64,000 nt of DNA, taken from the NCBI GenBank assembly GCA_963755125.1, contig CAVWIP010000012.1, positions 64,001 to 128,000 on the forward strand, read 5' to 3'. Source of the stretch: an uncultured delta proteobacterium. Its GTDB lineage: Bacteria; Myxococcota_A; Polyangia; Fen-1088. Of this stretch, positions 10,586 through 19,251 are shown one piece after another (within the stretch, counting starts at the first letter, position 1; the number at the start of each line of letters is the position of its first letter). The notes under the pieces were generated by a model. It ran no database searches, was not told the DNA's origin, and worked only from the letters and a program-made list of their open reading frames with translations. Made by a program: the position numbers and the translations under genes.

Positions 10586-11133
10586 TCTGAACGGCGCCGA
10601 CGGAGGGTCCGCCTGGCCCTATTCGCCCGAGGTCCTCGACGGTGCTGCCGCTCATAGAACAACGTGCCTGCTTCGTAGTCCGCGACATTCCCCGGTTCGA
10701 TGTCAACCCGCTTCTTTCGTTCGTTGAAGTGGAGGCTCGGCCCCGCGGCGCGTATCAACAGGGTCTCGACCTCACGCTCGTGGATCTCTTCATCCATGAC
10801 GTAAAACGAAAAATAGAGGAGTTCACGTTGGTGCTTTTTCCAGTGGCTATTGAGGCGCCCGAAAATGTCGCCCCGTCCGATGTAGCGGGGCGTGCCCATC
10901 GAATCGTGCGCGACCTAGACGCCACTTACGCCCACGACCCTATACTTGAGGTCTGCCGCCACTTTTTCTAGCGCTTCAAACGGGATCTTTTCGGCGACAA
11001 CCCTGAAGAGGCTCTTAGTTCTTCCGGGATTGCCAGGCTTGCGGTGCAGATCTCCTTGGACGACATTCCGCTTTCCGTCGGTCCAGACGGTCAACGACAC
11101 CTTCTTGTTGGCCGATTTCTTGCGGATTATCAT
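10573..11133 (-). pseudogene. GIY-YIG nuclease-family gene interrupted by one in-frame TAG (10915-10917)
   Basis: ORFs 10915-11139 and 10573-10899 share one frame: SGV*VAHDSMGTPRYIGRG..FGRLNSH..EREVETLLI..HFN. RBS AGAGGAG precedes ATG 11133. Confidence 0.75.
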
Positions 11134-11217
11134 CTGCAAAGCTCCTCTTGCGCCTCGGCTAGCGTGACTTCGTCATCGGCAGCAGCATCCCGCCGCTCAC
11201 CAGTTTTCGCAAGCGAC

Positions 11218-12336
11218 TCAGAAGACCGCGCCGCCCGCTCTTGTCGCAGCCAACGTTCCGCAGGCGGCGCCGATTTCGCGGCCGCCAGCGTAACGGCGAG
11301 ATACGGGAATGTGATGAGCCAGAAGCTCGTCGCGAAATTCCCGGACTTCGTCCTCGGTCGGCGGCTGATAACGGCCGGAATTGTCGTTGACGTCGATGAG
11401 CGTGACCTTGGCACGCAGGCCGGACAACAGTTCCGCCAGCTTGCGCGCATCTTCGCGTTTCATGTTCACGCCGGAGATCCCGACATACGCGAAAGTCACC
11501 CGGCCGCCACAAGAAGCGGCGTACTCGCGCGCGGCTGCCATCACGTCGGCCAGCGGCCAGCGCTTCTCCGCCGGCATCAGCGGCAGGCGTGCCTCGCCAG
11601 TGGCCGCGGCCAATGAAATGATCAACCGGAAGCGATGTCCCTCGGCCGCGAAGCGCCGGATGGCCGGCGCCACGCCCACCGTCGAGATAGAAATGGACTC
11701 GCCCGCAATGGCCGGGCCGGCAGGGTGCGACAGGATCTGCGCCGCGCGAATCACATTGTCGTAGTTGAGCAGGGGCTCGCCCATGCCGAGGAAAAGCACG
11801 CCGCTGACCGGATGGTCGGCCTCGACCCGCATGGCCCGCACCTGGGCCAACATTTCCCACACCGCCAGGTCGCGCGCGCCGCCCGCGGGCCGCAGCCGGC
11901 CGGTGGCGCAGAAGTCGCACGCCAGGGCGCAGCCGAGCTGCGAGCTGATACACAGCGTGTATTTCGCCGTGGGCAGCGCCACCAGCCCGGTTGCCTCGCC
12001 GCGCTGGCGGCGTTGCTTGAGCTCCCGCGCGTCGCCCGGATCAGGCAGTGGAATGCGCACCGCCTCGATCAAACCGCCGTCGGGCAACCCGAAAAGGTAT
12101 TTCACGAAGCTATCCGTGGCCCGCCTTCGTTCCACGATCTCCAACTCAGGAAAGATCGCGTCCGCGGCCAGTGCCCGGCGGATTGTGGCGGAAAGCCAGT
12201 CCATTCCGTCGACGCTGGCCACGCCACCCCGATGCACGGCCGCGAAGACACGAGCGGCCTTGGCCGCATCAACCCCGTAGCCGGCCAGCGCCGCGCCCGT
12301 GGCAGGCAAGTCGAGGTCGCGCAGGTTGAGAGGCAT
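11218..12336 (-). CDS. RlmN/Cfr-like radical SAM methyltransferase (divergent paralogue)
   Basis: LCISSQLGCALACDFCATG, LGMGEPLLN, ISTVG, C-terminal AACGTL. Confidence 0.85.
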   Translation of the reverse strand: MPLNLRDLDLPATGAALAGYGVDAAKAARVFAAVHRGGVASVDGMDWLSATIRRALAADAIFPELEIVERRRATDSFVKYLFGLPDGGLIEAVRIPLPDPGDARELKQRRQRGEATGLVALPTAKYTLCISSQLGCALACDFCATGRLRPAGGARDLAVWEMLAQVRAMRVEADHPVSGVLFLGMGEPLLNYDNVIRAAQILSHPAGPAIAGESISISTVGVAPAIRRFAAEGHRFRLIISLAAATGEARLPLMPAEKRWPLADVMAAAREYAASCGGRVTFAYVGISGVNMKREDARKLAELLSGLRAKVTLIDVNDNSGRYQPPTEDEVREFRDELLAHHIPVSRRYAGGREIGAACGTLAATRAGGAVF

Positions 12337-12354
12337 TGACCCGACGAACGGCCC

Positions 12355-13671
12355 CTACCCTCCCCGCACAGGGGGCGTGCGATCGCGCGCGTGCAAGAGG
12401 TCGAGCGGCGGCGCCTCGTTCTCGACCACGTAGCCAAACTGCCGCCTGAACTCCTCGGCCGACAGCTTGGGATTGCAAACCCCGCCGAACTTGGTCAGCA
12501 CGGCCGGGTCGTCGAAGTCGTCGCGCCGCAGCCGGATCATGTAGCGCCGGGCGATGGCGTAGCGGGTGGAACGCGTATCCACCATGCGCAGACGCGTGCG
12601 GCCGGTCCCGGGATCCAACATCTGGGCAAAGGGGATGGGCACGAAGTTGCCCGCCTGCAGGGAGACCATGGCTGCGTTGCCGCCCGAGAAGAGGAACTTG
12701 GCCGCGCAGTAGCCCAGATCGCGCGTGTACTCCATGTCGAAAGGAATGGGGTCCGCGCAGCGCAGTTCGTAGCCGATGTCCTTGGACACCAGGCTGGGCT
12801 TGTTCACGCCCAGATCCTTGAGCCGCCGGCTGGTTGCCTTCTTCAGCCCGTCGCCCAGGTTCAGCTCGGATCGCGGCAGGTTGCCGGACTCGTCGCGCTC
12901 GATGGGCCCGAGCTTCTTGAGATCCTCCTCGGGAATGCTCTCGGCCAGGCCTTCGGCCAGCACCGCCACGCCGTAGCGCCGCCCCTCGGCCAGACGCTTG
13001 ATGACCGCGCCGGCCAGGATGTCCACCAGCGTCCGCAGCGTGGTCTTGCAGCGGGGGAACTCCTCGGGAATCACGGTCATGGTGGCGCCGGTTGCCTTGC
13101 CGATGCCCAGTGCCAGGTGCCCGGCCTTGCGTCCCATGGCCACCACGAAATACCAGCGCGAGGTGGTCTTGGCGTCGGCCATCAGGTTCTTCACCAGCTC
13201 CACGCCGATGGAACGCGCGGTCTGGTAGCCGAAGGTGTCGACCATGGGGTCGAGGTCGAGATCGTTGTCGATGGTCTTGGGCACATGCACCACGCGGATC
13301 TTGCCCGCGGCTCGCTCGGACACCTTCATCGCCGAGAACGCAGTGTCATCGCCGCCGATGGTGATGAGCTGGGTCACGCCCAGCCGATGCAGGGAATCCA
13401 CCACCGCGCCGATGTCCTCGTCCTTCTTGGTGGGATTCGCGCGCGAGGTGCCCAGGATGGACCCGCCGGTGAAGTGAATGCGGCTGACGTCCCCTATCTG
13501 CAACGGTTTGATGTCCTCCAGCCTGCCCCTCATCAGGCGGTCGAACCCGTCGCGAATGCCCAGCACCTCCACGCCCTGCAGGAGCGCGCGGATCGTGGCA
13601 GCGCTGATCACGCTGTTGATGCCGGGGGCTGGGCCGCCGCCGACCAAGATTCCAAGCTTCTCCCTTGACAC
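12355..13671 (-). CDS. pfp: Pyrophosphate-dependent phosphofructokinase
   Basis: GGGPAPGINSVI, GGDDT and PKTIDND (the Asp/Lys pair typical of PPi use), MGRKAGHLA, GYELRC. AAGGAG precedes GTG 13671. Confidence 0.9.
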   Translation of the reverse strand: MSREKLGILVGGGPAPGINSVISAATIRALLQGVEVLGIRDGFDRLMRGRLEDIKPLQIGDVSRIHFTGGSILGTSRANPTKKDEDIGAVVDSLHRLGVTQLITIGGDDTAFSAMKVSERAAGKIRVVHVPKTIDNDLDLDPMVDTFGYQTARSIGVELVKNLMADAKTTSRWYFVVAMGRKAGHLALGIGKATGATMTVIPEEFPRCKTTLRTLVDILAGAVIKRLAEGRRYGVAVLAEGLAESIPEEDLKKLGPIERDESGNLPRSELNLGDGLKKATSRRLKDLGVNKPSLVSKDIGYELRCADPIPFDMEYTRDLGYCAAKFLFSGGNAAMVSLQAGNFVPIPFAQMLDPGTGRTRLRMVDTRSTRYAIARRYMIRLRRDDFDDPAVLTKFGGVCNPKLSAEEFRRQFGYVVENEAPPLDLLHARDRTPPVRGG

Positions 13672-13918
13672 GTTGAACGACTCCTTGCTGCTGTCCGCTA
13701 GGCGCGGGCGAACCCTAGCATAGGGCGGACTTGGGGCTGCAACCAAGGTGAGGGGGTGATTCAAAGAACTGGCCGCAGTCGAGCACACGGGGGGTGGGTG
13801 TCATCGGTGGTCGCGCCCTGCAATTTGTTGGCCTCCGCCGTCCACTGGCTATGTGGTACGATTTATTGTTTGGGGCCGAATCAAGCGTGGCGCGAGCTTC
13901 AGCACAAGGAGCGTTTTG

Positions 13919-15709
13919 ATGCGAATTCTGTTTGCCGTTATCGGGCTTTCTGCCCTGGCCGCGGCCTGTGACTCCCACTCGACTGGCAAGGTCAGCGCCT
14001 CCGATGGCGCGGTCGGGGTTGACGGCCGGGCGGGCGCCAGAAATGACGCTCTTCCGACCTCGGACTCCGCCGGCAACGTGAGGCGCACCGGCAGCGACGC
14101 TGCTCCGGCTGACGTGGGAAGTCTCGGCGGCGCGGGAAGCCCTGGTGGCACAACAGCGACGGGCGTTGGCGGCTCCGGCGGCGCTGACAGCAGCAGTGCG
14201 AGCGCTGCCGCCGGCGGCGCTTCTGGCAGAGATGGCCCGACTGCCACCGGCGGCCCCAGCACGCCTGACGGGCCCGTGGCAGCAGGAGGCACGGGCGGAG
14301 GCAGCAGCGCGGAAACCACCGGAAGCGCGGGCACCACCAGTGCCGGAGGCACGTCCGCCAGCGCGGGGAAGACCGCCACCGCGGGTGCGACCGGCATGGG
14401 AGGCACCACCGCGATCGCGGGTACCTCCGGCACCGCGGGCGCGTCCGGCAGGGGAGGCACCACCGCGACCGCGGGTACCTCCGGCGCGGGGGGCACGACC
14501 ACCACCGCCGGTATGACCGCGACTGCGGGCACCTCCGCGACCGCGGGCACGACCGCCACCGCGGGTACCTCCGGCATTGCCACGCCTGCCGACAACGTGG
14601 CCCAGGTCTCCGTGGACTTTGGGCTGCCCAACATCGGCTACCTCAACGGTCTGTTTGCGACCATAACCATCTGCGTTCCTGGAACCAGCACCTGTCAAAA
14701 CGTCGACCATGTGCTGATCGACACTGGCTCCTCGGGCTTGCGCGTGCTCGGGTCGGTGCTGACGCTCTCGCTGCCAGCCTGGACGAATAGCAGCGGGGTC
14801 GCTCTTGCCGAGTGCACCCAGTTTGTGGACAGCTTCACCTGGGGCCCGCTGCGCGGCGCCGATTTCAGCATCGCGGGCGAGCAGGCCAACGGTCTCGCTC
14901 TGCAGGTCATCGAGGAGTCGACCTACCCTGTGCCGAGCAACTGCACGGGCGTCGCCAACGACACCGCCAGCACGTTGAGAGCCAACGGCATTCTCGGGCT
15001 GAGCTCATTCCCGCAGGACTGCGGGTCGGCCTGCTCGGCGCGCTTGGGCAGGACTTCGAGCAATCCGGGGATGTACTACACCTGCACTTCAGCCGAGGCG
15101 GGTGGCTGCCAGGCCGCAGCCGTGCCGGTGGCCAAGCAACTGCAGAATCCCGTCTTGCTCTTCAGCCAGGACAACAACGGCACCATCATCGAGTTGCCTG
15201 CGATTTCCGACAGTGGGGCAACCAGTGTGCCGGGAGCCCTGGTTTTTGGCATCGGCACACGTGACAACAATGGCCTGGGCCAGGCGTCGGTGCTGCAACT
15301 CGATGACACGGGCAGCTTTGTGACCAAGTACCCCACCAACGGCAGTAGTTCCTCTGCCTTCTTGGACAGCGGCTCCAACGCCTTCTACTTCGCGACCAGC
15401 GGCAGCGCGCGCATTGCGACCTGCGCAAAACCCTACTCCGGCTTCTACTGTCCCAGTTCCACTCTGAACCTGTCGGCCACGGATCAAGATGCCGGCGGCC
15501 TGGTCACGCTGACCGTGAACTTCAGCATCGCCAACGCGTTGGCGCTGTTTGCCAATCAGGACAACGTGGCCTTTGCAAATGTGGGTGGAACAAGCTCACT
15601 GGCTGGGTATTTCGACTGGGGCCTGCCTTTCTACTTCGGCAAGAACGTGTTCACCTCCATCGAAGGCCAGACGACTCCAGCAGGGACGGCAGCATTCGTC
15701 GCGTTCTGA
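13919..15709 (+). CDS. DUF3443-family lipoprotein (pepsin-like aspartic protease fold) with long Gly/Thr/Ala/Ser linker
   Basis: Lipobox-like LAAAC. TICVPGTSTCQNVDHVLIDTGSSGLRV, FLDSGSN, FDWGLPFYFGKNVF. AAGGAG RBS. Confidence 0.85.
   Translation: MRILFAVIGLSALAAACDSHSTGKVSASDGAVGVDGRAGARNDALPTSDSAGNVRRTGSDAAPADVGSLGGAGSPGGTTATGVGGSGGADSSSASAAAGGASGRDGPTATGGPSTPDGPVAAGGTGGGSSAETTGSAGTTSAGGTSASAGKTATAGATGMGGTTAIAGTSGTAGASGRGGTTATAGTSGAGGTTTTAGMTATAGTSATAGTTATAGTSGIATPADNVAQVSVDFGLPNIGYLNGLFATITICVPGTSTCQNVDHVLIDTGSSGLRVLGSVLTLSLPAWTNSSGVALAECTQFVDSFTWGPLRGADFSIAGEQANGLALQVIEESTYPVPSNCTGVANDTASTLRANGILGLSSFPQDCGSACSARLGRTSSNPGMYYTCTSAEAGGCQAAAVPVAKQLQNPVLLFSQDNNGTIIELPAISDSGATSVPGALVFGIGTRDNNGLGQASVLQLDDTGSFVTKYPTNGSSSSAFLDSGSNAFYFATSGSARIATCAKPYSGFYCPSSTLNLSATDQDAGGLVTLTVNFSIANALALFANQDNVAFANVGGTSSLAGYFDWGLPFYFGKNVFTSIEGQTTPAGTAAFVAF
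14310..14576 (+). repeat. Imperfect intragenic tandem repeats encoding TAGTSG/GGTTAT units
   Basis: gcgggtacctccggc occurs three times (near 14416, 14471, 14561) and ggcaccaccg recurs. Confidence 0.7.
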
Positions 15710-15788
15710 GAGACCGGCCACGGCAGATCCCGCGGCGAACGGCGCGAGATCGTCTCCGCACTCACCCGCGGTGGAGAACGCAGAGGCT

Positions 15789-16379
15789 CTACTGGGGCAC
15801 CGACGGAGGGCTTTTCGCCTGGGCGACGGCTTCCTCGATGAGGCGAAGTTGCCGGCCGATCTGGTTCCGCACCTTGGGCACGATCTCGACATCGAAACGG
15901 ACGCGCAAAAGGTCGGCGGCGTCTTCGGATCGCGTGAGCCCAAGGCCGATCGCTGCATCGATTCGCACGTCAGGATCGGGATGCGCCAGCAGTGGGCCAA
16001 GTTGGCCCGGCACCAACGTGCCCCCGGCCCAACCCAACGCCAGGGCTGCCTTGCGCAAGAGGAGCTTGTCGCCCGCGTCGGTCGAGGACGCCTTCTGCTT
16101 CACCTCGGTCTCTAGGAACGTCCGGCCGGGCCTCGTGGAGACCACGCCCAGGGCGGTGACCGCGCGCGCGCGAAGCTGCAACTCAGTCTTGGCGTCCCCG
16201 GCGATCGCGATCAGGATCTCGTCGATCCCAGATCCCAGTGCTTGCCAGTCGGCTGCCGAGCGCGGCGGGGTGGTCGTCCGCAGACGGGCCTCGACCGCAG
16301 CTCGCCCAGGCCGGCCCGCAGGGGCAGCAGGCCCGGCCACCAGGACGCTCATAGCTGCGCTCAGCCAAACGACGAGCAT
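15789..16379 (-). CDS. Exported HEAT-repeat protein
   Basis: Signal peptide; LRARAVTALG, LLAHPDPDVRIDAAIGLG. Confidence 0.75.
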   Translation of the reverse strand: MLVVWLSAAMSVLVAGPAAPAGRPGRAAVEARLRTTTPPRSAADWQALGSGIDEILIAIAGDAKTELQLRARAVTALGVVSTRPGRTFLETEVKQKASSTDAGDKLLLRKAALALGWAGGTLVPGQLGPLLAHPDPDVRIDAAIGLGLTRSEDAADLLRVRFDVEIVPKVRNQIGRQLRLIEEAVAQAKSPPSVPQ

Positions 16380-16458
16380 TGCACAACGTTAGCACGGCTT
16401 GGGTTATAGTCGCGCCCAACGGTGGTCTTGACCCACCGCCTAGTACCTGGAGGATGTG

Positions 16459-17367
16459 ATGGCTCGCCGCTTGATGATCGTAGCGTTCGCCCCGATGTTC
16501 ATTCTCGGCTTCGTCGCCACGGCCAGTGCGAAAAGCAAAGCCGTTCCAGCCCAACCGGACGAAGCACAACCGGCGGAGGCCACGGCTCCACCGGCAGAGG
16601 CCGCCGTCCAACCGGCCGAATCCCAGGCGCCGCCGGCCGCGGAAGCGCCGGTGGCCGCAGAAGGCGCGGCCTCGATGAGGCCGGTCAATCCCCCGCAATT
16701 CGGCGTGGATCTCCGGGCGCGCTGGATCACGCTGCCCAACTGGTTCCTCGGCATGTTCACCAAGGCCAACCGGGCGCTGTCGTCCTACGGCGTCGGTCTT
16801 GAAGGGTTCCGGCGCAAGCGAGACGCCGAGAACCCGAACCGGTACTGGGAGATCTCGTTTGGTGTGGGCTACCAGGACATGAGCCCGCCCGACGGGAACT
16901 GGCTGGGCAAGGGCCACGACGCGAGCGTCGACACGGATTGGGTCCAGTTCAAGAACTTCGGTTTCTGGACCTTTGACCTTTCCTTCACCCAACGCCAGTA
17001 TTTCAACGACGTCTTCGGCATCCACTATGGCGCCGGGCTGGGTCTGGCCATCGTTCAGGGCGACGTCCTGCGTACAAAGTCGTCGTATGGCTGCACCGAC
17101 CAGAACCTCACCACGTGCCGGCCGATAGTGTGCACCGGAGGCGTGTGCACGGAAGCCGAGTTGGCGAGCGCGCAGACGCCTCCTGGCAGCCCCGAGGTCC
17201 CGTACCGCTTCAGGGAAAACTCGATTCCGGGCGCGATCCCTGTCCTCAACTTGATCTTCGGGCTCGACTTCCGCGTCCCGCAAGTCAGGGGCCTCGAGTT
17301 CCGCATCGACGCCGGTTTCTTCGACGCCCTCTTCCTGGGCGGCAGCGCAGCGTACGTCTTCCCCTAG
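16459..17367 (+). CDS. Hypothetical exported protein, probable outer-membrane beta-barrel
   Basis: GGAGG RBS, signal peptide, Pro/Ala/Glu linker, alternating aromatic beta-strands, C-terminal AAYVFP, a loop with four Cys. Confidence 0.65.
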   Translation: MARRLMIVAFAPMFILGFVATASAKSKAVPAQPDEAQPAEATAPPAEAAVQPAESQAPPAAEAPVAAEGAASMRPVNPPQFGVDLRARWITLPNWFLGMFTKANRALSSYGVGLEGFRRKRDAENPNRYWEISFGVGYQDMSPPDGNWLGKGHDASVDTDWVQFKNFGFWTFDLSFTQRQYFNDVFGIHYGAGLGLAIVQGDVLRTKSSYGCTDQNLTTCRPIVCTGGVCTEAELASAQTPPGSPEVPYRFRENSIPGAIPVLNLIFGLDFRVPQVRGLEFRIDAGFFDALFLGGSAAYVFP

Positions 17368-19244
17368 CGATTATTGAGCGCAGGTTCTGGCCGCACCTGC
17401 AACGCCAATCTTGTCGATCCGCGCTGCAGGTCGAGCGGCCACTGGACGCCGATAGACGCGAGCACCACGGCCGGTCGCACCGGGTTCTGGCTGGTGAACG
17501 GCTCGCCAGCGGCCCCGAGCAGGATGTCGCCCGGTCGCAGCCCGGCGCGGCTCGCCGGCGAAGTCGCGACAACCTTGAGCACGCGCACCGCCCCGTCGGG
17601 AAGTCCCAGGCGCTTGCGGCGAGCCGAGGCAACCGGCTCGAACACGAAGCCCAGCCATGCCGGCTGCAATCCGGCGGCTGCCCTCCGATCGGTGTCCAGC
17701 GCGGGCAGCGCTGACTTGACTGCGGGACTGGTGGCGCCGGCCAAGGGCGCCAGCGCGAGATCGAGGTTCTCGCACTTCTCCAGCGCGGCCAGGGCCGCCG
17801 CTTGTGATTTGCCCACGCGGATGCCGTCGTTCTGCAGGTAGAAGCGACCGGCCACGTCGAGCAAGATCGTGCGCATGCGCAGCAGAGCGGCCAGCCGTAC
17901 CTCGGCGCGGTAGGCGATCTCGTCGAGACCGGCGGTGGCGTTGATGAGGCGCTGCAGGCGGAGAAGCTGCTTGTTGTCAGCCTCGGTCTGGGGCAAGAAC
18001 TCGCGCAGAAACTCCACGGCCAGCGCGCGCCGCTGGTTCGGTCCCAGCTTGCGCAAGGCCGGCAAGGCCAGGCGCGAAGCCCAACCTGGCCGCGCTGCCA
18101 AGAAGGCATCCAGATGCCCCTGATTGAGATCCCCGAGTGCGGTCGCCCAGGTCTTGGCCTGTGCCTCCGTCTCCTCGAGAAAACCGGCCAACTCGTCTCC
18201 ACGCTGGTCGATCTCGGCCAGTGTGGGCTCATGCAAGGGGGCCAGGCCGTACTCGGCGGCAAGTTGATCAGCCCGAGCCCGATCCGCGGCAAAGCCACCC
18301 TGCGCCCATGCCTTGCGCAGAATCCCGTCGACGAATTGGGTCTCGTCCGCGCGCTGGGCGCGCGCCGCGCGCAGCAGGACCTCGTCGAGAAACACCTCAG
18401 AGCTGCGCAAGGGCACATCGGGGCTGTGATCGGAAAACATCACCCGGTCGTGCGCGCCGGAGAAACCACCGTTGCGCGAGAGAGCCTGCAGGAACTCGAA
18501 GGCGTGCCCCACCTCCTCGGCCCCGCGCACCTCGGGATAGCAGCCGTAGGCAGGCCGGTCGGCGGTCGACGAGAAGTAGCCGCAGGCCGCGCCTGAGGGG
18601 AGCTGGCCGCGCGAGCGCAGATCGTAGAGGTAGGCGAAGCCTCCCGAGAAACACTGGGACATGAGCGAAACCACGCGCACCTGGGTGGGCAGGCGTGCGA
18701 GCAGGGCGCGCAGGCCACGCACCGAGAGCGACTCGTGCGCTCCCCAGAGAGTGATGCGGTTGTCGAGCGGGTCGCGCGGATTGGAGGTGCCGTGGTCGGT
18801 GACGAAGATGAGCAAGGTGTCGCCCGGCCGGAGCCGCGCTCTCAGTTCGCCGAAGGTCCGGCGCAGCTCCGCCCCGGTAGCGGGCCGCAGGCCGTACCCG
18901 GCCAGGGTCGAGTTCTCGAAGCTCGTGGTGTGGCGCAAGAGATCGCCCACGGTCGTCCCTTCGAGCAGCCATGTGCCCTCGGGCTCGGACACGCCCACGG
19001 CCAGATCGGGCGCCGGATTGCTGCCATCGCTGGCCAGGATGAAGACGTGATCGCGCGGTACCCGAGCGCGATCCAGCAGAGCCGCGAACTGGCGCAGATG
19101 CGAAAGGTGCGAGGCGAAGTTTTCCTTTCGATCGCCGCCCCCGTTGATCATTAGGACGTGCAAGCGGTCAGGCGCCATCGGTTCGGCCGCCCCCACCGGC
19201 GCGGCCACGAGCAAAAACGACACAACGACAAGAAATCGCATCAT
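17364..19244 (-). CDS. Secreted clan CD (caspase/legumain-like) cysteine peptidase with C-terminal PDZ domain
   Basis: Signal peptide; LLIFVTDHG and VSLMSQCFSGGF (His-Gly and Cys dyad); PDZ signature WLGF..SPASRAGLRPGDILL. Confidence 0.75.
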   Translation of the reverse strand: MMRFLVVVSFLLVAAPVGAAEPMAPDRLHVLMINGGGDRKENFASHLSHLRQFAALLDRARVPRDHVFILASDGSNPAPDLAVGVSEPEGTWLLEGTTVGDLLRHTTSFENSTLAGYGLRPATGAELRRTFGELRARLRPGDTLLIFVTDHGTSNPRDPLDNRITLWGAHESLSVRGLRALLARLPTQVRVVSLMSQCFSGGFAYLYDLRSRGQLPSGAACGYFSSTADRPAYGCYPEVRGAEEVGHAFEFLQALSRNGGFSGAHDRVMFSDHSPDVPLRSSEVFLDEVLLRAARAQRADETQFVDGILRKAWAQGGFAADRARADQLAAEYGLAPLHEPTLAEIDQRGDELAGFLEETEAQAKTWATALGDLNQGHLDAFLAARPGWASRLALPALRKLGPNQRRALAVEFLREFLPQTEADNKQLLRLQRLINATAGLDEIAYRAEVRLAALLRMRTILLDVAGRFYLQNDGIRVGKSQAAALAALEKCENLDLALAPLAGATSPAVKSALPALDTDRRAAAGLQPAWLGFVFEPVASARRKRLGLPDGAVRVLKVVATSPASRAGLRPGDILLGAAGEPFTSQNPVRPAVVLASIGVQWPLDLQRGSTRLALQVRPEPALNNR

Positions 19245-19251
19245 GGTGGGT

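Noticed and set aside
10915..10917. Amber recoding (pyrrolysine or alternative code) as explanation for the in-frame TAG
   Set aside because: TAG is the normal stop of glnS, mrcA and others here, no pyl genes are visible, and the position calls for Tyr.
14310..14576. Possible CRISPR array
   Set aside because: The repeats are in-frame, degenerate and lack unique spacers, so this is a coding linker. No cas genes are in the window.
13820..16410. Sigma70-like hexamers upstream of 13919 and 16459
   Set aside because: The -35/-10 spacing (20 bp or more) is non-canonical, so these cannot be supported.
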